Positions 55,948 to 63,526 of a stretch of DNA of 64,000 nucleotides are shown here, piece after piece. The notes below the pieces were generated by a model that saw only the letters and a program-made list of their open reading frames with translations, ran no database searches and was not told where the DNA came from. The first letter of the stretch is position 1, and every line of letters starts with the position of its first letter. The stretch is from a virus. Lineage: Duplodnaviria > Caudoviricetes. The DNA is taken from IMG/VR virus record IMGVR_UViG_3300029288_003882, positions 1 to 64,000 of that record, one strand, 5' to 3'. The translations under genes were made by a program, and so were the position numbers.

Positions 55948-56157
55948 ATGGCATACACATCGTTCTCAAAGAAAGGGGACAACGTTTCCTTTAAGGGTAA
56001 TTTGTATGTCGTCAAAGTCATCGACGAGACTGGTATCATCTTAAGGAAGATAGATGGCAATGCCGACTTTGAAGCATTGACGCATGAAGAAATCAAAGAA
56101 GCAGAAGAATCGGGTGATCTGGTCGCATACGTTGAACCTGACGAAGCGAGTATATAA
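55948..56157 (+). CDS. small SH3-like hypothetical protein
   Basis: KGDNVSFKGNLYVVKV; TATA-like sequence ~30 nt upstream. Confidence 0.6.
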   Translation: MAYTSFSKKGDNVSFKGNLYVVKVIDETGIILRKIDGNADFEALTHEEIKEAEESGDLVAYVEPDEASI

Positions 56158-56168
56158 AGGGAACCAAG

Positions 56169-56307
56169 TTCCTTGGATTGAGCTTGGATTGTAATCCGTG
56201 CACCAAGTGATTTTGTCGCTTGTCGTTTTCTATGTAGTTCCAGCGTCGGAACTACAAAGAGTTTATATATAGGTTTGTTTATACTATATGATGGAAGTGG
56301 TCAAATG
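56169..56307 (+). promoter_or_regulatory. early promoter motif, copy 3, with perfect 9-bp inverted repeat
   Basis: TGTAGTTCC (56233-41) / GGAACTACA (56248-56), then AAGAG-TTTATATA..ATGGAAGTGGTCAAATG. Confidence 0.8.
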
Positions 56308-56589
56308 ACAACATTCGGAAACAAGAAACTCAACAAGAAGGAAAAGAAGCACCTGAAAGAGTGCGGAATTGTGGGCAAGTGGATGATGGAACAACAGGTA
56401 AAGGCTATGCTTGAAGAACGCAAGAAGTCCAGAGACGAGCGTGTTCTTTGCTGGGAATGCTGGACAATCGCTAAGAAACTCGGAATGGTTAAAGAAGTTT
56501 GCCCCGAATGCGGGTGCACATGGGGGGATTCTTCCCGAGAATGCGACGCCTGCCACTCGCTTGTAAGCCCGATTTTTGTGGAGGCATAA
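56305..56589 (+). CDS. zinc-finger early protein
   Basis: CWEC, CPECG, CDAC. Confidence 0.7.
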   Translation: MTTFGNKKLNKKEKKHLKECGIVGKWMMEQQVKAMLEERKKSRDERVLCWECWTIAKKLGMVKEVCPECGCTWGDSSRECDACHSLVSPIFVEA

Positions 56590-56591
56590 TC

Positions 56592-57815
56592 GTGATCAAC
56601 GAAGCAACGATAAAGGAAGCCGTTGCAAGCGACCCGACGCAAGAAATAACTGAAGGTGGAAACGTCGTAGGCGAAAACTGGAACCTCCGCGTTAATGCAT
56701 TCGTCGAAGCACATGGCAAGATCGTCGGGTCCATAGTTTACAACTACCTCTCGGATGATGAAATATACAACAAAGGAAAAGCCGCAATCGAGCACGGAAT
56801 GATTGCAGGTACCGATATGTATATCGGCGTAATCCAAGAATACGCAAAACAGGGATATTTCCACTGCATGATATGTGGGGCGCATATACATCACCACTAT
56901 TGGGCGAAGATGAACGACGGGAAATATGGTGCAATCGGCTCCGAATGCATCGACGTAATAACGGGCACAACGATAGGCGAACTTGCCCAAGTAGCCGCTG
57001 GAAAGGCAATACGTGATACGCTTGCAAGAAGGAAAGCCTCGGCGGTCAAAAGGGAATTTGTCAGGTATTATAATGCGCTTGATGACGACGAAAAGAACCA
57101 CGTATTTGTCATAAGCGACGGGATAAACAGGTCTTGCCCATACATCACCGAATCACAATACAAGAAGACGAAAGAAACATACCACTTCCGCGAAAGGGCG
57201 AAATTCAACGAAACGAACATAATAGAATTCTGCAAAGAACATTCCAAATGCTCGGAATTCATGTCGTCTTGCGTCGAACACCCAACTTTTGGAAGAATCG
57301 AAGCGGTTAAAAATTGCGGATGCAAGACCTGTGGAACGAAGTTCAAAGCCCCAAAGTTCGAAGCAAAACCACCCGAACATTTCAACGTATGCGATTGGCT
57401 GGTTGCAAGACCAATAAACTTCAAGGATATCAAGATAGTTCAAGAAGTTGCCGAAATGAAGAAATGCGGAACGCCTTGCGCTTGCATACAAGAAATCACC
57501 TGCGAAAAACACATGAAGTGGATTGCCGATTGCATAATCGGAAGCGATAAGTCTACCACGTGGAAATTCAAAAGCGCAATAAACGATATAAAAGTCCTGA
57601 TTGAAATCGGATACTTAATGCCTGACTTTGGCAAGGTCGAACCTGACCCAATGAGTGATGACGAAGTAAAAACGCTTAATGCAAAGGTCAACAAGGAAAT
57701 AGAACGTGCAACGAAGATGGCGGACAAGATGAAAGCCGACTTTGAGGCAAAGAAGCAAAAAGAAGAAATCGAAAAGAAAAATTATGAAGCAAAGTTTAAG
57801 ACAGGAGGGAATTAA
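56592..57815 (+). CDS. large Cys/His-rich early protein
   Basis: CMICG..IHHHY..G.IGSECI; further C..C motifs; GGAGG SD before GTG 56592. Confidence 0.7.
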   Translation: MINEATIKEAVASDPTQEITEGGNVVGENWNLRVNAFVEAHGKIVGSIVYNYLSDDEIYNKGKAAIEHGMIAGTDMYIGVIQEYAKQGYFHCMICGAHIHHHYWAKMNDGKYGAIGSECIDVITGTTIGELAQVAAGKAIRDTLARRKASAVKREFVRYYNALDDDEKNHVFVISDGINRSCPYITESQYKKTKETYHFRERAKFNETNIIEFCKEHSKCSEFMSSCVEHPTFGRIEAVKNCGCKTCGTKFKAPKFEAKPPEHFNVCDWLVARPINFKDIKIVQEVAEMKKCGTPCACIQEITCEKHMKWIADCIIGSDKSTTWKFKSAINDIKVLIEIGYLMPDFGKVEPDPMSDDEVKTLNAKVNKEIERATKMADKMKADFEAKKQKEEIEKKNYEAKFKTGGN

Positions 57816-57816
57816 A

Positions 57817-58266
57817 ATGGACGGTAGAATGAAACAATCTTTGGACAAACACATAACTGGAAATTATGGCGAGGACCAATATCCTGAAGAGAAAGAAGAT
57901 TGCAACCCCAAAGAATATATCAGATGCCTGCAATGCAACGAAGCAATGCCACGAAGCGAATTTCTCGAACATTTCAGGACGAAGCATGAAGCGGTGATCA
58001 CCGACTTCTTGAATGACTTTCTAAGGGAAGCCGAAGAACTTGCGACGAAAGAGAACGAAACGTGCATACATCAAGGTATAGAAAAGGACGAAAAGGGGAA
58101 GACGCATTGCAAGATAACTAACACCCCATGCACATGGTCAAGCGTTCCCAAGGACTGCCCGAAAGAAGCGAAAGATTACACTAAGAAGTATAGACTTAAT
58201 GGGCATCTTCGTTCCTGCGATTGTGGCGAATGCTTCGATTGTGATGCCGATAACGACGAACTATAA
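57817..58266 (+). CDS. C2H2-type zinc-finger protein
   Basis: CLQC........HFRTKH; GGAGG SD. Confidence 0.7.
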   Translation: MDGRMKQSLDKHITGNYGEDQYPEEKEDCNPKEYIRCLQCNEAMPRSEFLEHFRTKHEAVITDFLNDFLREAEELATKENETCIHQGIEKDEKGKTHCKITNTPCTWSSVPKDCPKEAKDYTKKYRLNGHLRSCDCGECFDCDADNDEL

Positions 58267-58276
58267 ACGCTTATCA

Positions 58277-58322
58277 AGACGACGAAGCAAACCACTTCCA
58301 CTTCGTCGTCTATTTTTTTTTT
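58277..58322 (+). terminator. stem-loop plus oligo-T terminator between convergent units
   Basis: AGACGACGAAG (58277-87) / CTTCGTCGTCT (58301-11) followed by T10. Confidence 0.78.
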
Positions 58323-58518
58323 AATCATGTTCTAAGATAACAAGATTTGTTTTACCCTTTTCAAAAGGATGTTGCATTAAAGTATCAAGATTCTTGGCTT
58401 CTTTTTGTGATACAATCGCTTTAAATGATACGTTCAATTCCACAAGGTCGCCTTGCGTCTTATTGACGCTTATCGAATTAAAGTTTATAGCCCTTAGTTC
58501 AAGAATTCGACGCTTCAA
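58321..58518 (-). CDS. hypothetical protein
   Basis: 65 aa; GGTGATC SD with TTG start. Confidence 0.55.
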   Translation of the reverse strand: MKRRILELRAINFNSISVNKTQGDLVELNVSFKAIVSQKEAKNLDTLMQHPFEKGKTNLVILEHD

Positions 58519-58528
58519 GGAAGATCAC

Positions 58529-58849
58529 CTACGACATACCCGCAAGCGATATAAGTTCCTCATAAATGCAATCGAGACATATGTTATACTTGCGATTTGG
58601 GTGGCATACTATTTGTTTGCAACGCATACATTCCACCCGATTGTCGGCAGGCTTTTCTTGCGTCGTTGCTTCGATGACTCCCGCCGTTTTTGCGGGCAAA
58701 ATAACGAACTTGCACCCAAACATCTCGGTAGCCCTTTCGAGTTGCTTCGTGAGTTCTTTTATCGCAATATCAGTAAGATCATCCTTGAACTCAATAAGGT
58801 AGATTTTGTTGGGCTCCAGATTCGATATTTTCTTTATGTCGAACTTCAT
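58529..58849 (-). CDS. hypothetical protein with C-terminal zinc finger
   Basis: CMRC...CLDC; TAATG overlap. Confidence 0.65.
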   Translation of the reverse strand: MKFDIKKISNLEPNKIYLIEFKDDLTDIAIKELTKQLERATEMFGCKFVILPAKTAGVIEATTQEKPADNRVECMRCKQIVCHPNRKYNICLDCIYEELISLAGMS

Positions 58850-58986
58850 TATATCCGCTCCTTGACTCTCGTTACCATTCTTATAGAATTGGAAATGACC
58901 GCGCGGTCGGATGATCTTGTTAATTGCTTATACGATGCGCGGAGGTATCGCAACGCCTTGGATAAGTTTTCTTTGTCGCTTGTCAT
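58849..58986 (-). CDS. 45-aa microprotein
   Basis: AGGTGA SD before ATG 58986. Confidence 0.55.
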   Translation of the reverse strand: MTSDKENLSKALRYLRASYKQLTRSSDRAVISNSIRMVTRVKERI

Positions 58987-59005
58987 ATTATCACCTAAAA
59001 AATGT

Positions 59006-59095
59006 GGCGCCCGACGGGATGGGATGTTCACATCGGGCACCTGGTTTTTGCTTTTAGGGATTGTTTTGGGCTCTGCACTCGAAAGCACAAAGACA
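59006..59095 (-). ncRNA. candidate structured leader or small RNA
   Basis: GGUGCCCGAU/GUCGGGCGCC stem pairs fully only on minus strand (G-U wobbles); TATA-like CTTTTATA upstream. Confidence 0.35.
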
Positions 59096-59126
59096 AAATG
59101 ACAACAAGTTATGGATATAAAAGTTT

Positions 59127-59288
59127 TTAGTTATGTGGTCGGTGTTTTCCCAAGTTGCGCTTGGCGTGATTCAAACAACGCTTATGAGACCAAAGGATTT
59201 TTCCGGTTGTTGGGTCCTCTTTCTTCATTGCCTTACGGTCTGATTTTACCGATATTGGTCGCCCGCAGAACTGGCAATATTGTCGCAT
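59127..59288 (-). CDS. 53-aa zinc-finger microprotein, absent from ORF track
   Basis: MRQYCQFCGRPI...WSHKRC. Confidence 0.62.
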   Translation of the reverse strand: MRQYCQFCGRPISVKSDRKAMKKEDPTTGKILWSHKRCLNHAKRNLGKHRPHN

Positions 59289-59290
59289 AT

Positions 59291-59560
59291 CTATTCCTTC
59301 TTGACGATCTTGGTGATTTTCCAGCCTTTCAAGTTGGTGATCTGGTCAGTCAAATCGACGACGACAACGCAATGAGTATCCTTTTTGGGGTCGTCGGTCT
59401 TCTTAGGTGCTTCTAAGATTAAGATAGAACGATGTTCTATACCCAATTTCTTCAAACGAAAATCGGCAAGATTGGCATAATCGGCACAATCCTTCGGCGT
59501 CGATTTTTGTATTTTCATATCTTTAACCTGCTGATTGACAAAATCTTCCATATCGGTCAT
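59291..59560 (-). CDS. hypothetical protein
   Basis: GGTGA SD before ATG 59560; DTHCVVVVD. Confidence 0.55.
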   Translation of the reverse strand: MTDMEDFVNQQVKDMKIQKSTPKDCADYANLADFRLKKLGIEHRSILILEAPKKTDDPKKDTHCVVVVDLTDQITNLKGWKITKIVKKE

Positions 59561-59796
59561 GATTTCACCTTCTCGGGCAAATGGTCTCTTTTGTTTAGTT
59601 CGGTTATTTTCTCGTCTATGAGTTGTATGTCGAATTGTGTTAGTTGTATTATTGTGGTGGGCTTCGATTGCATCGGCATAAATACCCATTGAAGATATCC
59701 ATTTTTTAGGGTTTGCTCAATCATGCCTATGAGTTGTTCGCCCTCTTTTACGGTATATTCTGTAAGTACTCGGTCTATATGTATATGTATCGTCAT
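59557..59796 (-). CDS. hypothetical protein
   Basis: GGTGA SD before ATG 59796. Confidence 0.55.
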   Translation of the reverse strand: MTIHIHIDRVLTEYTVKEGEQLIGMIEQTLKNGYLQWVFMPMQSKPTTIIQLTQFDIQLIDEKITELNKRDHLPEKVKS

Positions 59797-59954
59797 TTTA
59801 TCACCTTCTTTTCCTTGGAACATCGGCAACATTTGTATTTCTGGACGGTGACGGGCTTGATACGATTGCACCACATTATTTCCATCTCGTCGTAATATTT
59901 CCGACCGTGATGATGCCAGCAGTGGAAACCCAAGATGCATAGGATGTTTCTCAT
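59793..59954 (-). CDS. 53-aa Cys/His microprotein (DUF1660-like), absent from ORF track
   Basis: MRNILCILGFHCW...KCCRCSKEK; ATGA overlaps at both ends. Confidence 0.65.
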   Translation of the reverse strand: MRNILCILGFHCWHHHGRKYYDEMEIMWCNRIKPVTVQKYKCCRCSKEKKVIK

Positions 59955-60181
59955 TCTTTTTTACCTCGTTTCTTTTTGGGAAGGATGGCAACTTCGACGA
60001 TTTTATCACCAGATATTAGGATGGAAATGTCGATCATCTTGCCGTCTTGAACGATGTCGGATAATTCTGGTAAGGAGGCTTCGGTGGCGAAAAATTCGAC
60101 CTTGATTATGTGCTTATACAGAACATCATTGGGATTTTTGTGTATCTGGTGCTCAGATATGGTCGCTTTATCTATTTTCAT
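59951..60181 (-). CDS. hypothetical protein
   Basis: 76 aa, ATGA overlap. Confidence 0.6.
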   Translation of the reverse strand: MKIDKATISEHQIHKNPNDVLYKHIIKVEFFATEASLPELSDIVQDGKMIDISILISGDKIVEVAILPKKKRGKKE

Positions 60182-60450
60182 AACTTTTGCCCCCGAGCAT
60201 CAACAAGATTGGACTTATGTTGATCTAACATTTTGAGAACGGCTTCTTGCGCGGCTTTCTGGGCGGCGATTTCGGCAGCCTCAACCTCGGCACGAACTTG
60301 ATTATACCCGTTAATGTCGCCGCCTAAGATTTGACAATACTTCTGGTATATCTCGTTAGCCTTCTTTTCTTCTTGCAATCGGGCAATAAGATAGTTTATC
60401 GTGTTCATCGTGGCTTCCATTTGCGTCAATAGTTCATGAGCGGATGGCAT
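60178..60450 (-). CDS. coiled-coil hypothetical protein
   Basis: GGTGA SD before ATG 60450. Confidence 0.6.
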   Translation of the reverse strand: MPSAHELLTQMEATMNTINYLIARLQEEKKANEIYQKYCQILGGDINGYNQVRAEVEAAEIAAQKAAQEAVLKMLDQHKSNLVDARGQKL

Positions 60451-60563
60451 TACTTCACCTTTCCACTTTTGCAATCATCACAAAGACCTAATTTCTTATT
60501 TATGGGTATTCCATCTCGGATGGGGATGGGCTTCCAGCAACGCCGACAGGTCGTATATTGCAT
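60450..60563 (-). CDS. 37-aa zinc-finger microprotein, absent from ORF track
   Basis: MQYTTCRRCWKPI...GLCDDCK; GGAGG SD; TAATG overlap. Confidence 0.62.
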   Translation of the reverse strand: MQYTTCRRCWKPIPIRDGIPINKKLGLCDDCKSGKVK

Positions 60564-60742
60564 CAAGATTCCTCCTTTCTATCACGGGTGAAATATAAGG
60601 TAAATACCATCGTGATGATGGTCGCAATTTCGCCAGAAAGAGTGTTGGTAACGGCGCAATATATGAAGACGGCGCCGGCTACTAAGGTAAGGATGAACCT
60701 GCCAGATGACATTTTACCAACTAAGTAATCCTTGGAAGGCAT
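60563..60742 (-). CDS. small two-helix membrane protein (holin-like)
   Basis: SGRFILTLVAGAVFIYCAV and IATIITMVFTLYFTR. Confidence 0.6.
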   Translation of the reverse strand: MPSKDYLVGKMSSGRFILTLVAGAVFIYCAVTNTLSGEIATIITMVFTLYFTRDRKEES

Positions 60743-60903
60743 TAGCACACCGCCGAATCGTGCAAAGTTTTGGTCTTATCGACATCGACACAGGATGGGC
60801 AGCAGGTATTCTGGGAATTGGTGCAGGATGGCTTTTGTTCGTGATCGTCGGCGTGGGAACAACCGAGGCAGGATGGGCGAAAAGAAGGGCAACGGACGAT
60901 CAT
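60742..60903 (-). CDS. 53-aa Cys-rich microprotein, absent from ORF track
   Basis: MIVRCPSFRPSCLGCSHADDH...CTNSQNTCCPSC...; coupled at both ends. Confidence 0.55.
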   Translation of the reverse strand: MIVRCPSFRPSCLGCSHADDHEQKPSCTNSQNTCCPSCVDVDKTKTLHDSAVC

Positions 60904-61115
60904 TTTTTCACCTTTTCTTGGCGGGAAATCTCACGTTCGAGATACCATTTTGCCTTTTTCAAATCTTCTATTGCATCACCTTTTTTGCCAGATCGGGCAA
61001 TATATTTAACAACATTGCCCAAATGAAAGTTTAAAGCCCAATCTTCAATAACGTCGATGACTTCGAATTTACCGGAATTATAATGCGACGGGTGGTTAAC
61101 TTTGTTGTCGGTCAT
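60900..61115 (-). CDS. DUF3310 protein (T7 gp1.7 nucleotide-kinase-like family)
   Basis: VNHPSHY...EVID....F.LGNVVKY..R.GKK...EDLKKA.WYL. Confidence 0.92.
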   Translation of the reverse strand: MTDNKVNHPSHYNSGKFEVIDVIEDWALNFHLGNVVKYIARSGKKGDAIEDLKKAKWYLEREISRQEKVKK

Positions 61116-61267
61116 CCCAATGCCTCCGATATTTTCTTGTATGCAGAATATAATGCAGCTTGTTCTTTTTTAGGATAGTTCGCTGTTCCAATTCCCATAC
61201 GATCATCCAATTCAGCACGTATAACCTGCAATTCTAAAATTGTGAATGATATTTTTTTTTCTGTCAC
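61112..61267 (-). CDS. 51-aa microprotein, absent from ORF track
   Basis: GGTGA SD, GTGA and ATGA overlaps. Confidence 0.5.
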   Translation of the reverse strand: MTEKKISFTILELQVIRAELDDRMGIGTANYPKKEQAALYSAYKKISEALG

Positions 61268-61473
61268 TCTTTCACCTTCAGGTGTTTTAGGTGCCAGTTG
61301 GAAGCTGCGACAAGAGTTTTTCCGCCGGTTATGGCACCCATATTTCGCAACGTGTTAATGTTTGAGGACAGGGCAGGGTAGGAAATTCCGGTCGCTTTCA
61401 AGATTTCTGGTCGTGAAACGGGTCCAGAATTGCGGATATACTCGTAGACTATTAACGATGTTAGCGGGCGCAT
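61264..61473 (-). CDS. winged-helix transcription regulator
   Basis: YEYIRNSGPVSRPEILKATGISYPALSSNINTL..MG.I. Confidence 0.8.
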   Translation of the reverse strand: MRPLTSLIVYEYIRNSGPVSRPEILKATGISYPALSSNINTLRNMGAITGGKTLVAASNWHLKHLKVKE

Positions 61474-61497
61474 AAAGTGAAATCGTTTTAGGATTAT

Positions 61498-62688
61498 TTA
61501 AAAGATTGCGTCGTATACTGTCATGAAGCCCCAAAGATTCTTATTGTGTTCGGAGGTCAAGTTGAAGGACGGTATCTTATCGGCGTATCGCTTATAGAAT
61601 TTAGAGGCAAGGAAAGAGGAGGTGATACGGGAGGTTTCGACATCGCCAAGGTCGATTGTATATTTATGGAGGACGGGAGGGGTAATGTCGAAAAGGGATG
61701 GGTCAAGATGTCGAACGATTGTCTCACGGACAAGGTCGGCATATTTGCCAATTTTTAGGAAAGAATCGTTGCACTCGGCAACGACGGAAAGGTAGGCGTA
61801 GGATGTGAATGGGTAAATAACGTCTTGAAATTGATTATACCACTGGGCAGTCCATTCACCTTTGAGTGGGCAATATTGGAGCCAGCGATTGATGGGAATG
61901 TTATCACAATAATGGAAGTTTTTGTAGTTGGGATAATTGCGGGATGGATAATCGAATATTTCACCGCCGTAGGAACCGGAGATTACGGTATAATCACGTT
62001 CAAGATGGTATGGGACAAGATCACGCCAGAAATTCATCTGACCAAACCACGTATAGAAGCCGTTTAGAGGGCGATCTTTATGACCGAGGTCATATGGGTT
62101 TAAGGAAGGCATTGGAAAGGTGGAATAGAATGAAGGAGACCAACCTTGTTTTTCCATTATCAGGTTAAAAAGTTTTTCTTCTGGCTCGTGGCATCGGAAA
62201 TGGATATGAGGTAAATCTTTCTTGAATTTACGAAGCATCAAAGAATTAATGCGTGAGTCATACCCACTGGAATGAAATACGAGGTAATGGTTTTTAGACG
62301 AAAGAACAAAACTGAAAAAACGGTCTAAGGCACCTATTAGTTCGTCGCAATAGTCATCTAATGAATTAACGGTGGGTGTCTTATCTTGCAAGATGTGGAG
62401 GTGGGAGGGAGAGGTCAGGAGGATTTTCTCGGCAGGCGAAGCGAGACGGATTTCTCGGAAGGGCGTTTCGATATAGTTGCGTCGCTTATAGTTGGGATTC
62501 AGGTAATGTTCGTCGAAGGTCAAGGAAGGGAGGGAACGAGCGACATCAAGGATATTGGTGGACGCCTTGTCATTGTCACCGATAAAGATGATGGACGGAT
62601 AGCAAAGAGGGAAGGAAGCGGACTTTTTACCTATAAAGCGCATAAAGTGGGAATGTGGGTTTGGAAATTTATACTTTATGCTCATCAA
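61498..62688 (-). CDS. asparagine-synthetase-like ATP pyrophosphatase (PP-loop) domain protein
   Basis: HSSGYDSR PP-loop and VISGSYGGEIF; no clear N-terminal Ntn glutaminase Cys. Confidence 0.65.
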   Translation of the reverse strand: MMSIKYKFPNPHSHFMRFIGKKSASFPLCYPSIIFIGDNDKASTNILDVARSLPSLTFDEHYLNPNYKRRNYIETPFREIRLASPAEKILLTSPSHLHILQDKTPTVNSLDDYCDELIGALDRFFSFVLSSKNHYLVFHSSGYDSRINSLMLRKFKKDLPHIHFRCHEPEEKLFNLIMEKQGWSPSFYSTFPMPSLNPYDLGHKDRPLNGFYTWFGQMNFWRDLVPYHLERDYTVISGSYGGEIFDYPSRNYPNYKNFHYCDNIPINRWLQYCPLKGEWTAQWYNQFQDVIYPFTSYAYLSVVAECNDSFLKIGKYADLVRETIVRHLDPSLFDITPPVLHKYTIDLGDVETSRITSSFLASKFYKRYADKIPSFNLTSEHNKNLWGFMTVYDAIF

Positions 62689-63178
62689 CGTAATGGGATA
62701 ATCCGTGGAAGTCTGTGTGACCCAAATTTTCAGGTAAATTAATGGTGCGGGAATCTTCCATCATACGACGGATATAGGAATGTCGGAGGACGTGGATGTG
62801 CCTCTTTTCTTTGGGTAAGTTTAAAGAGATTGCAATGTCGGTATAGATACGTTGCATTTGCCGTTTAGACATACGGTCAGATTTGTTGGAAGAAATTAAA
62901 GGACTTTTCGGGTCTTTACCAGATATATGATGGGATAAAATACGTTTCAATGATCTGGAATAAATGGGTATTGTCCGACCTTCAGGATGGTATTTTGAGG
63001 AAGAAACACGAATATCGGAACAATCTGGTGATATGTCTTCAACGTTGAGTGCAGATATTTCACCCACTCGCATACCAGTATCGATTGCAAGACGTAAGAT
63101 CAAATGGTCACGGTGATGTTTGGCACTATCAAGAACTTGGTTAAGTTGTTCATCGGTTAAGGCGTTCATAGATGACAT
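62669..63178 (-). CDS. tyrosine recombinase catalytic domain
   Basis: RD.LIL.LAIDTGMRVGEI..L..EDI, HVLRHS, LGH......HY; lacks N-terminal core-binding domain. Confidence 0.85.
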   Translation of the reverse strand: MSSMNALTDEQLNQVLDSAKHHRDHLILRLAIDTGMRVGEISALNVEDISPDCSDIRVSSSKYHPEGRTIPIYSRSLKRILSHHISGKDPKSPLISSNKSDRMSKRQMQRIYTDIAISLNLPKEKRHIHVLRHSYIRRMMEDSRTINLPENLGHTDFHGLSHYVDEHKV

Positions 63179-63526
63179 TATTATTCTGATAAGTATATAA
63201 CAGTTTTGGATTTTGGTAACCTGCTGGAACTTTCCGGAAAATGGAAGAGTTATCAGTTTTCTGGTTTTTGGGAAGAGAAATGCATCTCACATTCCCATCT
63301 TCCACGGCCGACCGCCACAGGAAAAAAGAATTCTTTTTGGGAAAATTTCCGCCGCCGACGGGTGATCACCGTGTCGTCGTTGTTGTCGTTGTGCTTAGAG
63401 TGTCATCACATCTGTTATTTAGTGTCATAAGGATGACGTTATATTTATATACAGGCTTCCTTAAGAACACCAACACACAACAAAGATAACATTATAATAA
63501 AAAGAATATATCGACCTTGTTGTAGG

